Source: Octopus sinensis
Lineage: Eukaryota
Length of the DNA: 64,000 bases
Assembly (NCBI RefSeq): GCF_006345805.1
Contig: NC_042997.1
Location: forward strand, 140,616,001 to 140,680,000
Direction of reading: 5' to 3'
The notes beneath the pieces are model-generated. The model was not told where the DNA came from, did no database searches, and saw only the letters and a program-made list of their open reading frames with translations. Positions within the stretch are counted from its first letter, which is position 1. Each line of letters starts with the position of its first letter. Shown piece by piece: positions 25,531-37,845 of the stretch. The translations under genes and the position numbers were made by a program.

Positions 25531-25991
25531 CTACATAAGCATTTTATAATTTTTCTTTCTTTTCTGGAAACTCGCCATGTACCGGCAGCTGATGGCTTGT
25601 GGACTGGCACCAGTCCATGGACCACCACTTTCTGTAGCACTGCTCTAATACACATATGTATGTACTTACATATTTTTTATGTTAATATTGGGTTGGTGCA
25701 TAATTATTGTGGCTTTTTTCAACAAATTTTAAACAACAAAAACCTTAGAAGGGGGTAAGGTTGTGTATACTGGAGTTGTAAAGTAAGAATATAACAATAT
25801 ATTCATCTGGAGTGTTAAGTAAAAGAAAACTCATGTAGATATAATTAGTAAAAATGTCATATTGTGATATTATGTCTATCCTTACTAAATCAATATAAAA
25901 TTAGTATGTAGAGTTTAATTCAAGTCTGTATAGTTATTAATATTTAATTAAGGTGGAGGACATTCAGGCAATCTCTTACTTATTATATATA

Positions 25992-26227
25992 TTGGATTGG
26001 TGCATAATTATTGCGGTTTTTTTCAATAAATTTTATTCAACAAAAACAATAACAACATGTAACAAAAACATCTTTAAATGATTATTCTGGAGCATATTCA
26101 CCATCTACTTCAATTACTGCTTCCCATTTGCTTGGCAGACGGTCAGACTGTCATTTAAAGATGTTTTTGTTAAAAATTGTTATTGTTTTTGTTGAAAAAA
26201 CGCCACAATAATTATGCACCAGTCCAA
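25992..26227 (-). mobile_element. Mariner-derived MITE with about 80-bp TIRs; an extra solo left TIR at 25688-25740
   Basis: ta|ttggattggtgcataattattg ... caataattatgcaccagtccaa|ca. The centre on the - strand reads DRLPSKWEAVIEVDGEYAPE*, a mariner transposase C-terminus. Confidence 0.85.
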
Positions 26228-26330
26228 CAGTTTTATAATATAGGCTTAAGTGTGGGTGATTGTCTAAGATGTTTATTTCCCAATCATATAATTTTCAGTT
26301 CAGTCTCACGGTGTGTGACCTTGAGCAAGC

Positions 26331-26691
26331 AATCCCACATTGCAAAGATCACATCACAAAAGATTGAAGAGCTTGGTTGGGAAAAAATTCCTCATCTACC
26401 ATATTCTCCTGACCTTGCTCCTTCAGACTACCATTTGTTTCGCAGTTTACAGAATCATTTGGAGGACATAACTTTTGCAAGTGAGGAGGAGGTCAAAACT
26501 GACATTTCAGAGTTCTTCACTTTGAAACCAAAAGAGTTTTACATTGGCGGGATTAAAAAGCTTGTAAATAGATGGAAGGAAGTCATAGATAATCAGGGAA
26601 AGTACATTGGTGATTAAATTTCATTTAAATATAACATTTGATCACTTGTTTTCTTTATTCACAATTCGGACAGAACTTATGGGATGACCTG

Positions 26692-26692
<1 letters not shown>
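26331..26692 (+). mobile_element. Mariner transposase 3' fragment with right TIR
   Basis: PHIAKITSQKIEELGWEKIPHLPYSPDLAPSDYHLFRSLQNHL...GIKKLVNRWKEVIDNQGKYIGD* contains the YSPDLAPSDY motif; TIR cttatgggatgacctga|ta. Confidence 0.93.
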
Positions 26693-26788
<96 letters not shown>

Positions 26789-26921
26789 GTGTGTATATAT
26801 ATATATGTATGTATGTCTATATATATATATATGTATGTGTATATAAATATATGTATGTGTATATATATGTTTATGTATGTATGTATATATATATATGTAT
26901 GTATATCTACATATATATTTG

Positions 26922-26959
<38 letters not shown>

Positions 26960-26995
26960 TATATATGTGTATATATATATATATATCTGTGTATG
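26693..26995. repeat. Compound (TA)n/(TG)n/(TATG)n/(CA)n microsatellite
   Basis: Visible directly. Confidence 0.97.
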
Positions 26996-27704
26996 TCTTT
27001 GTGGCTGTGTTGATCCACCCTCTCCCCCCCACTGCTTCACAACAGCTGTTGGTGTGTTTACATCCCCATAACTTAGGGGGTTCAGCAAAGAAACAAGGAT
27101 GATAGCATAAGCACCTGGCTTATGCTATAGTACTGGAGTCAATTCATTCAACTAAAAATTCTCTAAGGCGGTGTCCCACACATGCACTCACATATATACA
27201 CATATTCACACAATGACATATATTTTCACACTTACATAACATGTATTCAGGGAAAATATGTTCCTGTTCATCAAGTTTCTATTAATTTTAATTAAGAAAC
27301 AGATACCCTTTATTTTAATCAATGAAGACATTATTCTATTTAAAACTCAATTCAAGGCTATATTCCCGGAAAACTAATAAATTTTACCCGTTTCAATTAA
27401 TATTTTTGTAGTTAACTCATAATACAGATAAAATATTGTGTTCAACAATTTAAGAAACTCTGACCTATTTTCTTGTCTACATATATGTGTGTGTATCTAG
27501 GTGTGGATGTCTGTACATATAAATGCATGTATGCTCATAATGCATATAGTGTATGTGTATGTCATCATTGTTTTATGTCCACTTCTCCATTCTTGCTTGG
27601 GTTAGACAGAATTTCTTGTGGCCAATTTTTTACAACTTGCCACATTTCTTGTCTCCAGCCAACACTCGTTTCTTAGCAAGGTAATATTTCTCCAAGGTGG
27701 TGAA

Positions 27705-27910
27705 CTGGCAGAAATGTTAGCACACCGGGCAAAAATGCTTAGCGGTATTTTGTGTCTTTACATTCTGAGTTCAAGTTCTGCCGAGGTTGACTTTGCCTTT
27801 CATCCTTTCGGGGTCAATAAATTAAGTACCAGTTGTGTACTGGGGTCAATGTAATCAACTGGCCTTCTCCCCCAAAATTTCAGGCCTTGTGCCTAGAGTA
27901 GAAAAGAATA
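27705..27910 (+). mobile_element. SINE-like repeat (gagttcaa...gaggttgactttgcctttcatcctttcgggg family)
   Basis: Related copies at 54310-54495 and 62240-62400, and inverted at 6420-6850. Confidence 0.7.
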
Positions 27911-27924
27911 TTTCTCCTTGAAGT

Positions 27925-28262
27925 CATATGGCTCAATGGTTAGAGTGTCAGACTCACAATCTAGAGGTAGTGTATTCAGTTCCTGAACTGGGCTCTGTGT
28001 TGTGTTCTTGAGCAAAACACTTTATTTCATGTTGCTCCTGTTCACTCAGTTGTAGAAATGAGTTGCAACATCACTGGTGTCAAGCTATATCGGCCTTTGC
28101 CTTTCCTGTGGATAACATCAGTGGTGCGTAGAGGGGAGGCTGGTATGCATGGACAGCTGCTGGTTTTCCATAAAACAACCTTGCTTGGACCTGTGCCTTG
28201 GAGGGGAACTGTCTAGGTGCAATCCCATAGTCATTCATGACTGAAGCGGAGTCTTTACCTGT
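27925..28262 (+). mobile_element. Full-length tRNA-derived SINE
   Basis: tggctcaatggttagagtg head; body matches 35050-35395 and 50990-51190. Confidence 0.8.
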
Positions 28263-28386
28263 TTTAATATTCCTCCATGGAAACAATGTTGCTTGTTTGA
28301 TGGTGATGCTTATTTTACAATCATCATATGAGATCAAGACTAGGGTTTACACAAACACACATCCACATATATATGGATGTACGAGT

Positions 28387-28420
<34 letters not shown>

Positions 28421-28425
<5 letters not shown>

Positions 28426-28662
28426 CAAAATAAGCAACAAGGATATCCAAAGGTAGTGCAGTACAATCGTTTCATGCAACTTCATTTAATTAAACAATGC
28501 AAGTATTGCATCAGTTTTAAAATGTAGAGCAATCTTCAGCTGCATATTTTGCTTATTTTGATTATAATCAACCCATTTTGATTTATATGGATAATACCAT
28601 ACCAAATTCTGATGCCTTTAACTTAAGTACCATATTCAACTGAATCTAAATTTTTACTGAAC
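28421..28662. repeat. Rearranged copy of the repeat at 31022-31250, with an internal inversion
   Basis: 28421-28540 matches about 31128-31240 forward, and 28549-28662 matches about 31025-31145 in reverse; flanked by (TA)n on both sides. Confidence 0.75.
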
Positions 28663-28699
28663 TTATATATATATATATATATATATATACTGGAAGTTC

Positions 28700-29045
28700 C
28701 TACGGGACAACTTGCTGAGTGCCACTGACCAAATTTGTGGCTGGTGCAAAGTCCCAACCAGGCCAAGAATGACATGATAGTGGAACAGTGTAGTTGACAG
28801 GGCCGTTAGAGAAAACAAACAAGCTTGGAAGGACTGGAAGGGTAGCGGTAGCAAAGAACTATATGATCTATAGAAGAGGTGTAAGTAGAAACCCCATAAG
28901 ATGTACCTGGTATAAGAGGTGCAGCAATATCAGAGGAAGGTTAACAGGGAAAATAGTTTTTATGTGTGGAAAGCCCACATCTACAATAAACACTAAAACT
29001 GCACAGAAAATAGACTCCATCAAATGCCAGCGGGGAAATGAGGAA
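28700..29045 (+). mobile_element. RTE-b LINE fragment with internal deletion
   Basis: AVRENKQAWKDWKG (pre-RT region) is joined to RRGVSRNPIRCTWYKRCSNIRGRLTGKIVFMCGK (PHD region), skipping the RT core. Confidence 0.7.
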
Positions 29046-29269
29046 TGAGGAGGTTTAATTTTTGTGATAGACTTAGGGATATAAGAATATTAAAGGTTTT
29101 AAAAGTTTTAAAAGTTTTAAAAAGTTCATAGGAGTAATAGATTAAGGATATATAAAAAATACATAAAAGGTTTCTGTGTAGGGAACTGGAGAGATAGATA
29201 AATGAATAAATAGATAAATATTCAAGCGAGACAGGTGGAAAGGTAGGTTAATAGATAAATTTATGCATA

Positions 29270-29305
<36 letters not shown>

Positions 29306-30090
29306 AAGGTGGTTGGTGTTAAGAAGGGCATCCAGCTGTAAAATCCCTGCCAAAACAGATGGTGAAGCTTGGTGCAGTCTTCTACCTAGCCAGCCCCTCT
29401 CAAGCCATCCAATTCATGCCAGCATGGAAAATGGGCATTAGCTGCTGATGAGGATGACACACATGTGTGCACATGCACACACACATACAAGCAACCATCT
29501 GGATACAGAATACATTTTGTAAGCATGTAGTTTTAAGTTCTATCCCAATACATGGCACTTTGGGCAAATATCTTCTCTTTTAGCCCTTGGAGTGACCCCG
29601 AAACCTTGGGAATGAAATGAAATGGTATGAAGAATCTGTGTAAAAGCCTGTCATAGATGGATGTATGTGTGTGTGAATGTTTACGTTGCATATGTCATTT
29701 CTGACAACATGTATGCAAAACAGGTGTGTCATGTTTGCATCCCCTGAAAGCAATACATTCTTGTGACAACTAGTTTGTTTAATGTTTGTATGATGTACAT
29801 ATCATGTATGTACAATATAAATAAAAAGGGGTTTGTATGATTATGTATAGAGGGATATATGTTATTCAAAGAAATTCCAACTCTGTCTGTTCTTTTATGT
29901 TTTATTTATATTCTTTATAATATTAATAAAGAATATATAGTATAAATAATATATATATAGTAAAATGAAATGAAGTATTGATTGTCTTATTGAAAAGATG
30001 AAATATTGAATATAAAATATAAAATATTAAGGGACTAGTATACTTTCTTGCATTATAGCAGTCTTCAAGGTCCCAGGTTGTGACAGGAGT

Positions 30091-30125
<35 letters not shown>

Positions 30126-30127
<2 letters not shown>

Positions 30128-30285
30128 CGCGGGAGTGGCTGTGTGGTAGGTAGCTTGCTTACCAACCACATGGTTCCGGGCTCATTCCCACTGCTTGGAA
30201 CCTTGGGCAAATGTCTTCTATAGCCTTGGGCCAACTAAAGCCTTGTGAGTGGATTTGGTAGACAGAAACTGAAAGAAGCCTGTCG

Positions 30286-30328
<43 letters not shown>

Positions 30329-30733
30329 TTGTGTGTCTGTGTTTGTCTCCCCAGCATTGCTTGACAACCGATGCTGTTGTATTTTTGTTCCTATAACTTA
30401 GCGGTTCAGCAAAAGAGACTAATAGAACAAGTACTAGGCTTACAAAGAATAAGTCCTGGGGTCGATTTGCTCGACTAAAGGCAGTGCTCCAGCATGGCCG
30501 CAGTCAAATTACTGAAATAAGTAAAAGAGTAAAGAGTATATATATATATATATATATAATATATATATATATAGGCGCGGGAGTGGCTGTGTGGTAGGTA
30601 GCTTGCTTACCAACCACATGGTTCCGGGCTCATTCCCACTGCTTGGAACCTTGGGCAAATGTCTTCTATAGCCTTGGGCCAACTAAAGCCTTGTGAGTGG
30701 ATTTGGTAGACAGAAACTGAAAGAAGCCTGTCG

Positions 30734-30764
<31 letters not shown>

Positions 30765-30977
30765 ATATGTTTGTGTGTCTGTGTTTGTTTCCCCAGCATT
30801 GCTTGACAACCGATGCTGTTGTATTTTTGTTCCTATAACTTAGCGGTTCAGCAAAAGAGACTAATAGAACAAGTACTAGGCTTACAAAGAATAAGTCCTG
30901 GGGTCGATTTGCTCGACTAAAGGCAGTGCTCCAGCATGGCCGCAGTCAAATTACTGAAATAAGTAAAAGAGTAAAGA

Positions 30978-30979
<2 letters not shown>
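30126..30979 (+). repeat. Near-exact tandem duplication of a bipartite SINE (30126-30537 and 30574-30979; period 448 bp)
   Basis: Both copies share private variants (ctcattcccactgcttggaacc; a short deletion giving cttctatagcc). They differ only at gtctcc/gtttcc and in microsatellite lengths. Confidence 0.95.
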
Positions 30980-31014
<35 letters not shown>

Positions 31015-32330
31015 TATAGATATATATATATACGTTCATCAAAATTTAGATTCAAATGAATATGGTACTTAAGTTAGATGCACCAGAATTTTGTACGGTG
31101 TTATCCATATAAATCCATGGGGTGATTATAATCAAAATAAGCAACAAGAATATCTTCGGTAATTTGGTACGATCATTTCACGCTACATCATTTTATTAAA
31201 CATTGTAAGTATTACAACAAATTTAAAATGTTGAGCAATCATCAGATTTTCTATCAAGAAAATTAGGTCAATGCTAAATGGTCACAATGAGCAACCATAT
31301 ACTGAATAGTTATAGAAAATACAGAGATTCCTTTACACCTATACAAACATATACAAATATGCATCCACTTTAATCTATAAGATTATACTTGGCTAGTAGG
31401 TGTTGATTATTTTAATAAGTTGGATTAAAAGAGAATTAAAAATCTAATATCTATTAATTTTGGAGAAAAAACCTATCATTTATTATGAGTAGGCATAATA
31501 TTCAATAACTGTGGACAAAAGTCTTATTAATTAAGTGAATATATTAGGGGTCAATGATATATATTAGAAAAAGTGGAAGAGGAGTAATCAAAATGAGTCA
31601 TTTTCTTAGGTTTAGTAGATGGTGATTCATTTTTAGGAAGAGAAGTAATCAAGAAGAATAAATTTCTTAGATTTAGTAGATGGTGAATTGTTATTAATGA
31701 ATTAAATTAAAGAATCTGTTAGACATAATATTTACTACCCGCAGAGAAAAAACTAATCAGTTAGGTAAAAATATCCGGAGTCAATGATATATTAAAAAAT
31801 GGAAGTGAGGTAATCAAGATGAACTGAGTAGTTTCCTTAGAGACATAGAATTTTTTCTATTTAATATTTTTCTATTAAATCTATTGATTGAGTCAAAGCA
31901 ATGGCGATTAATTTGGAAACATTGAATTAGAGAATTGATATTTTACAAATCATGTAATGCCTTACCATTCAGATTACTCTGTCAAATGCAATGCTTATTT
32001 ATTTATGTTGTTTTGCATTAATCAGGCATCATCTTGTAGCTTCAAGATTTCAGTGATGTGATTGTTTCCTTAGAATGACATTGTAGGGTAGGTGTGAGAT
32101 CCTGGATCTGGCCTGTCTAAATATAAATCTGGTAGGATATTTGGGTTAGATATGGTTGGTTTAAATGCTAAAGGGATAAACCTACAGATAATCTCTTTGA
32201 CTTAAAAAATATCTGACCAATGCTTTGTGAGTGAATTTAATAGACAAGTTTGTCATGCATGTATATATACATATATTCTGAATGCACTTTTAAAAAAAAA
32301 ATGTGAAATTTCTTTCTCTCCACGCATTAT

Positions 32331-32550
32331 TAATCCTTTAGCATTAAGATTACTTTGTCAAATGTTAATGCTTATTTATTCACATTGTTTTGAATTAATC
32401 ATGTATTAACGTGAACTTTCAGATCTCAATGATGTGATTGTTTATTTTTTGTTTGAATGACAGTGTGAGAAGTCGGATCTAGCCGGTTTGAAAATAAAAC
32501 AGGTAGAATATCTCCATGTGATATGGCTGGTGTGAATGCTGAAGGTTTAA
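32331..32550 (+). mobile_element. TTAA-flanked piggyBac-type MITE, second family (cctttagcatt...aatgctaaagg)
   Basis: ttaatcctttagcatt ... aatgctgaaggtttaa. Related copies at about 31960-32180, 32783-33000, 45230-45410 and 56835-57053. Confidence 0.7.
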
Positions 32551-33144
32551 TAAGAAGACAAATTAAAGTTTGACTCCATATGATTCTACATTCTTTGCCA
32601 TTGTGTTGAACAAGTGCAATAAGTTTGAAGTACAATGTACATATTAAATTCTTCTTCACACGATAATATACTCTCTTTTCAAATCCTCCCAGGTTCAATC
32701 CATGGGAGACACTGCTCTACTGTGTTTAGTCCTTACTATCACATATTAATACTCTAACCATATGATAGTTCTTATTACATTTTAACCTTTTAACATGTAA
32801 ATTACTTTATCAAATGTTAATGTTTATCTATTCACATTGTTTTGAATTAATCATGCATTATCTTATAGCTCTGACATTTCAATAACATGATTGTTTATCT
32901 TTAAAGTGACATTGTAGGGTAGGTGTGAATAGCTGGATCTGGCCAGTTTAAACATAAAACAAGTAGAATATTTGGGCCTGGTATGGCTAGTCTAATACTA
33001 CTAACAGTGAACTAATATCAAAGCATGTTAATATGTTAACACTGAAATATAAATGTAATTGTTTCATTATCAAACCTTTATTTCAAATTTGTTGATGAAT
33101 TATTAGTCACTGTAAGATTTTTGTGTCTCACCATTTCACCACTA

Positions 33145-33610
33145 CTGTCATCTGTGGATCAATGCTTGACTGTCCGATAGCTGTTACTCCTTATGGAGTT
33201 CTTACTCTTCAACTACTGTTACCCCTTATGAGTCAGTGTCTCTATTCCCCAACACCCAGGCTGTCTAACAGCTGTTATCCATCGTGGGTAATTACTGTTA
33301 CTCTTTAGTGGGCTAATGCCTTCAAAAGCCAATATTTTTCACTGTTCCACAGTGGATATTCTTTGTGGACCAATGTTCTTATTGTCCAATAGCTGTTGTC
33401 TTTTGCATGCCAGTATACTACATTGTTCAATAGCTATTAGACTCTTGGGCATGATTCTCCTACTGTTTTTGTGAGTCAGTGTTTTCATTAAATGAGAGTT
33501 ACTCTTTGAGTTAATTTCCCCATTGTACAGCTGCTAGCTTTTGTGGATCAATTTTTCTCTATTTCACAACAGCTTTTACTTGCTCTTTTTCTGGATAACA
33601 GATGTTACCT
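33145..33610. repeat. Highly degenerate minisatellite
   Basis: Recurrent tgtgga(t/c)caat (about 33153, 33364, 33542) and gtc(c)(a/g)atagctgtt-like motifs (about 33173, 33263, 33384, 33425); no long ORF. Confidence 0.6.
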
Positions 33611-35049
33611 TCCATTGGTTATTCTTCCCACTTTCCTACAGCTGACATCCACTACATATTAAAATCTGGTCAGGCATGGCTCTGTGGTAAGAATTTTGCT
33701 TCCCAACCACATTGTTCCATGTTCAGTCCCATCGCATGGCACCTTGGGCTAGTGTCTTCCACCATAGCCTTGGGTGGATCAAAGCTTTGTGAATGGATTT
33801 GATAGACGGAAACTGAAAGAAGCCTGTCATATGTGTATATATAGTCAAATGTTAAAAATTGAATGTACATATATATGCATCAGTGTGACTCTGGCCCTCA
33901 GGCTGTTCAGGCTTAGCCCAAGTATAAATTTAATAAAGTGAACATGTTTTTGCAAGCTGATTTAAATTTCTACCAACATTGACTTCAAGTATGTAATTGT
34001 AGTCAATAACTTGGGCTCCTTTTATTGAGCCTGGCTGCAGTTCATTTATTTTCCTTCAGCATCTGGCAGTCGTCTTAGAAGTGTCCTGTGTCAAAAAATA
34101 TCATTCGTAGCAGATGTTCTCTTGACATCGTTCACACATGCTTGACTCAGGCTCGGAAGTTACAGCCCGAGTTGTTATCTATAATCGTAAAAATCAAAAG
34201 TCAAATTTAAATTCCAATCTATAAAGAGTTTCTGTTCTACAATATTCTTAAAGGAACAAAAAATTGTCCAACAACTTGGGCTAATACAGCCTTGTAGGTG
34301 TAAAAGACTAACTGGCATCTCTTGTCAAGAGTAAAGATGACAATTTTAGTCCGATCACTGATGTTTGTTGTGCGCTCCGGTGTCATTATTTGATTACTGT
34401 TATTCTGTGCATGTGTGTGTAAAGATCAGTTGTGTTTTGCAGGTTTGCTTTATTTTTACCCTTAACTTAGAAATGGAGAAAGACATAGTGTTATATATAT
34501 AAAAAAAAATAAGCCATTTGGGGCTAGAAATAAAGCGGAAAAATTCTTTGAGCAGGCAAGTGTTTTATGCAAAATCTGTGATGAGCCTGAGTGATGCTGA
34601 TGGCCTGGAGTCACCTCTGATATACATATATGTATGTGTGTGTGTCTTAGCATTTGTGTTTGTTTCCCACCACTGCTTGACAACTGGTATTGATGTGTTT
34701 ACAATTGTGTAACTTAGTGGTTTAGCAAAAGAGATTGATAGAAAAAGTTTCAGGTTCGAAGAAAATTATTAGTACCAGGGTCGATTCATACCACTAAAGA
34801 TTCTGGCCCCAGCATGGCAACAGTCTAATGACTGAAAGAAGTAAAGGATGAAAAATAAATGGCCAGGACCACAACAGCTATCTTAGAAGTTAAAAAATCC
34901 TTTGTCTTTTGAACATGTAATGTTTTTTGTTATTTTTTTATTTCAAGGTTAGCCCTAATCAAGCAAATTTATGACTAAAATGTTATGAATTTGATTATTC
35001 TGCTTTTGTTTTTGAGATATTATCTCTAGGACTAAAAAAATAGAAAAAA

Positions 35050-35395
35050 GTGTATGGCTCAGTTGTTAGAGTGTTAAGCTTATAATCGTGAGTTCTATTC
35101 CTGGACCAGGCCGTGTGTTGAGTTCTTGAGCAAGACACTTTATTTCACGTTGCTCAAGTTTGCTCAGCTGTAGAAATGAGTTGGAATGTCACTGGTGCCA
35201 AGCTATCTCGGCCTTTGCCTTTCCCTTGGAGAACATCGGTGGTGTGGGGAGGGGAGGCTGGTATGCATGGGTGACTGCTGGTCTTCCATAAAATATAACC
35301 CTGGGTTGTGCATTTGCTGGTGAGGTGACTTTCCGCCCAAACTTATATCCCAGAGGGGAACATCTTAGGTGCACCCATGGTCATTCGTGACTGAC
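35050..35395 (+). mobile_element. Full-length tRNA-derived SINE
   Basis: Same family as 27925-28262. Confidence 0.8.
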
Positions 35396-36040
35396 AGTTG
35401 AGTTATAACTAGGACTATATAATTCAGAATGTCCTTTTTTTTTATGCTGGCAGGATGGAATTTTAGTATGATTTGACTGGTAGGTCAAGTAACTGTATAG
35501 AGGTCTTTTTGATGGCTTGCTGCTGCTGTTTGTTTTAATTCTCAAGTCAGCCCCAGTTCAGTGGACCTATGAAAAAAAGATGTTCCAGCCATGACCATTC
35601 CATCTTTTCATAGACACGGTGTACTTAGGGTTACACCATCTATTGTGGCCTTCCTTTCATGAGACTACATAATGTGATTTAATGTAGATATTGCTTTTGT
35701 GAACAGATCACTATAGTCTTTATTGATTAGCCCCAGGCCAGCCAGCCATGATCAAACAACCAAGTGATGAAAGACATTCGAGGCATGGCCAAAACCACTG
35801 TTGAAGTCCATGTATGACTTCATTATCTAATCTCTCCTTACTTAAGACTGTAAAGTACAATTTAAAGGAAATTAGCTGTTGTTTCTAGCAGGTTGAGCAA
35901 TCACATAGAAGTTCTCTTGCATTGGTTTGGTATTGTGATTGTTTTTATTGTTGTTTATGTCTGTTGTCTTATGTAGGTCCTCTCTGAGTAGAGAAATTGT
36001 TGGCATCTTCTTTAGTTTGGAGTCATATGTTCAAACTCTA

Positions 36041-36266
36041 GATGCAGGAGTGGCTGTGTAGTAAGTAACTTGCTTACTAACTATATGGTTCTGGGTTCAG
36101 TCTCACTGCGAGACACCTTGGGCAAGTGTCTTCTACTCTAGCCTCGGGCCGACCAAAGCCTTGTGAGTGGATTTGGTAGATGGAAACTGAAAGAAGTCCG
36201 TCGTACGTACATACATACATACATACATACATGTGTATATGTATTATATGTGTGTGTGTGTGTTTT

Positions 36267-36301
<35 letters not shown>

Positions 36302-36500
36302 TTGTCCCCCGCACCATCGCTTGACAACCGATGCTGGTGTGTTTACATCCCCATAAGTTAGTGGTTCAGCAAAAGGGACCAATAGAATAAGTACTAGGCT
36401 TATAAAGAATAAGTCGTGGGGCTGATTTGTTCAACTAAAGGCGGTGCTCCGGCATGGCCGAAGTCAAATGACTGAAACAATAAAAGAGTAAAAAGAGTAT
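36041..36500 (+). mobile_element. Bipartite tRNA-derived SINE
   Basis: gcaggagtggctgtg head, microsatellite linker, second module ending aaaagagtat. Confidence 0.85.
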
Positions 36501-37134
36501 AGTTGGCAAATAAAAACAAAAGACAAAACAAAAAATGACCTCCCCCCTCCACCTCTTCACCAATTTCTATTTCAGGTACAAATCACAAATACAGCTGTGG
36601 AATTGCAGAATAATTACCTAATTCTGCTTATGAGTTGAAAACTCAGCATGTTTGCAATAGATTTGTCTGTGTTGTGGTATTTTTAGTTTAAGTAGCAGCA
36701 GTATTCATTGTTGTCTGCTAGTAGGAAACTGTAACCGGTGAACCTTGGTTTATCTCTGTGCTGAGAATCATTGGGTTACTCTGTGTGATTCATTGAGCCT
36801 ATTTCTTCACTGTCACCATCACCGCTGCCACCACCAGTACCACCACCACTACCACCACCACCACCACTATCATCACCATCATCATTATTATCATTTCGGT
36901 TGCTGATACTACTGTTTTTGATGGTGCTGCTGTTGTTGTTAAGCAACAAGACAGGTAAGGGTGATTAGGTGATGGTATAGGGCTTAGGGGCGGGAGATCC
37001 CAGACCTTGGAAAAAAAAAAAAAACTTTGGTCATCTTGTTGTAGTCGAGGGGCCTTCGTTGATGCCCGACACCACTGGGAGGTGGCCCTCGAAGTCACTG
37101 GAAATGGTGATCTCCAGGTCCAAATTCTTGGACG

Positions 37135-37230
37135 GCTACTGCTGCTGCTGTTGCTCCTACTGTTATTACTGCTAGTACTGCTGCTGTTGTTGTTGTTATT
37201 GTTGTTGTTGTTGTTGTTGCTGTTGCTGAT
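37135..37230. repeat. (CTG)n/(TTG)n trinucleotide tract
   Basis: Visible directly; explains the poly-L and poly-N ORFs. Confidence 0.92.
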
Positions 37231-37784
37231 TAGTTGTTCTATCTCAAGCTCACTTAGGGTGCACATTACCTAATGTGTCATTTTCTAAGAAGGTAAGCCA
37301 TTAAATTGAGAGAAATTTGGCTGCTGTCTCTAGCAGGTCAAACAGCTATATAAAGCATGACTTGTTTTCTGCACTGCTATGGTTGTGAGTATATCATTTG
37401 TGCAAGTATATCATCATCTGATGCGATTTTCTTGTCTCATCCAAAACGCCCAGCATCCTGGGGTCTGACCATTTTTCCTGTCTTCCTCTTTTACCATCAT
37501 TCATCATCAGCACACATTACATTTTCATCCATCAATTATCCATTTATACCATTCCTCTATATCACATTTATATCATAGGTGAAGGTGTGTCTGTGTGGTG
37601 AAAAGTTTACTTCCCTACCACATGGTTTTGGGTTCAGTCCTACTGTGTGGCACATTGGGCAATTGTCTTGTACTATGGCTCTAGGCCAACCAAAGCCTTC
37701 TAAGTGGATTTGGCAGATGGAAACTAAAGGTGGCCTATTGTGTATATGTATGTGTATGTGTATGTGTGTGTATATATGCATATA

Positions 37785-37845
<61 letters not shown>

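Noticed and set aside
26638-27102. Stack of [12 protein letters not shown] ORFs (also about 6040-6280, 41777-42190, 43092-43480, 52699-53093)
   Set aside because: Artefacts of stop-free dinucleotide microsatellites.
36799-37273. Poly-Asn/Ser or poly-Leu protein ORFs
   Set aside because: Produced by trinucleotide tracts; no splice or domain support.
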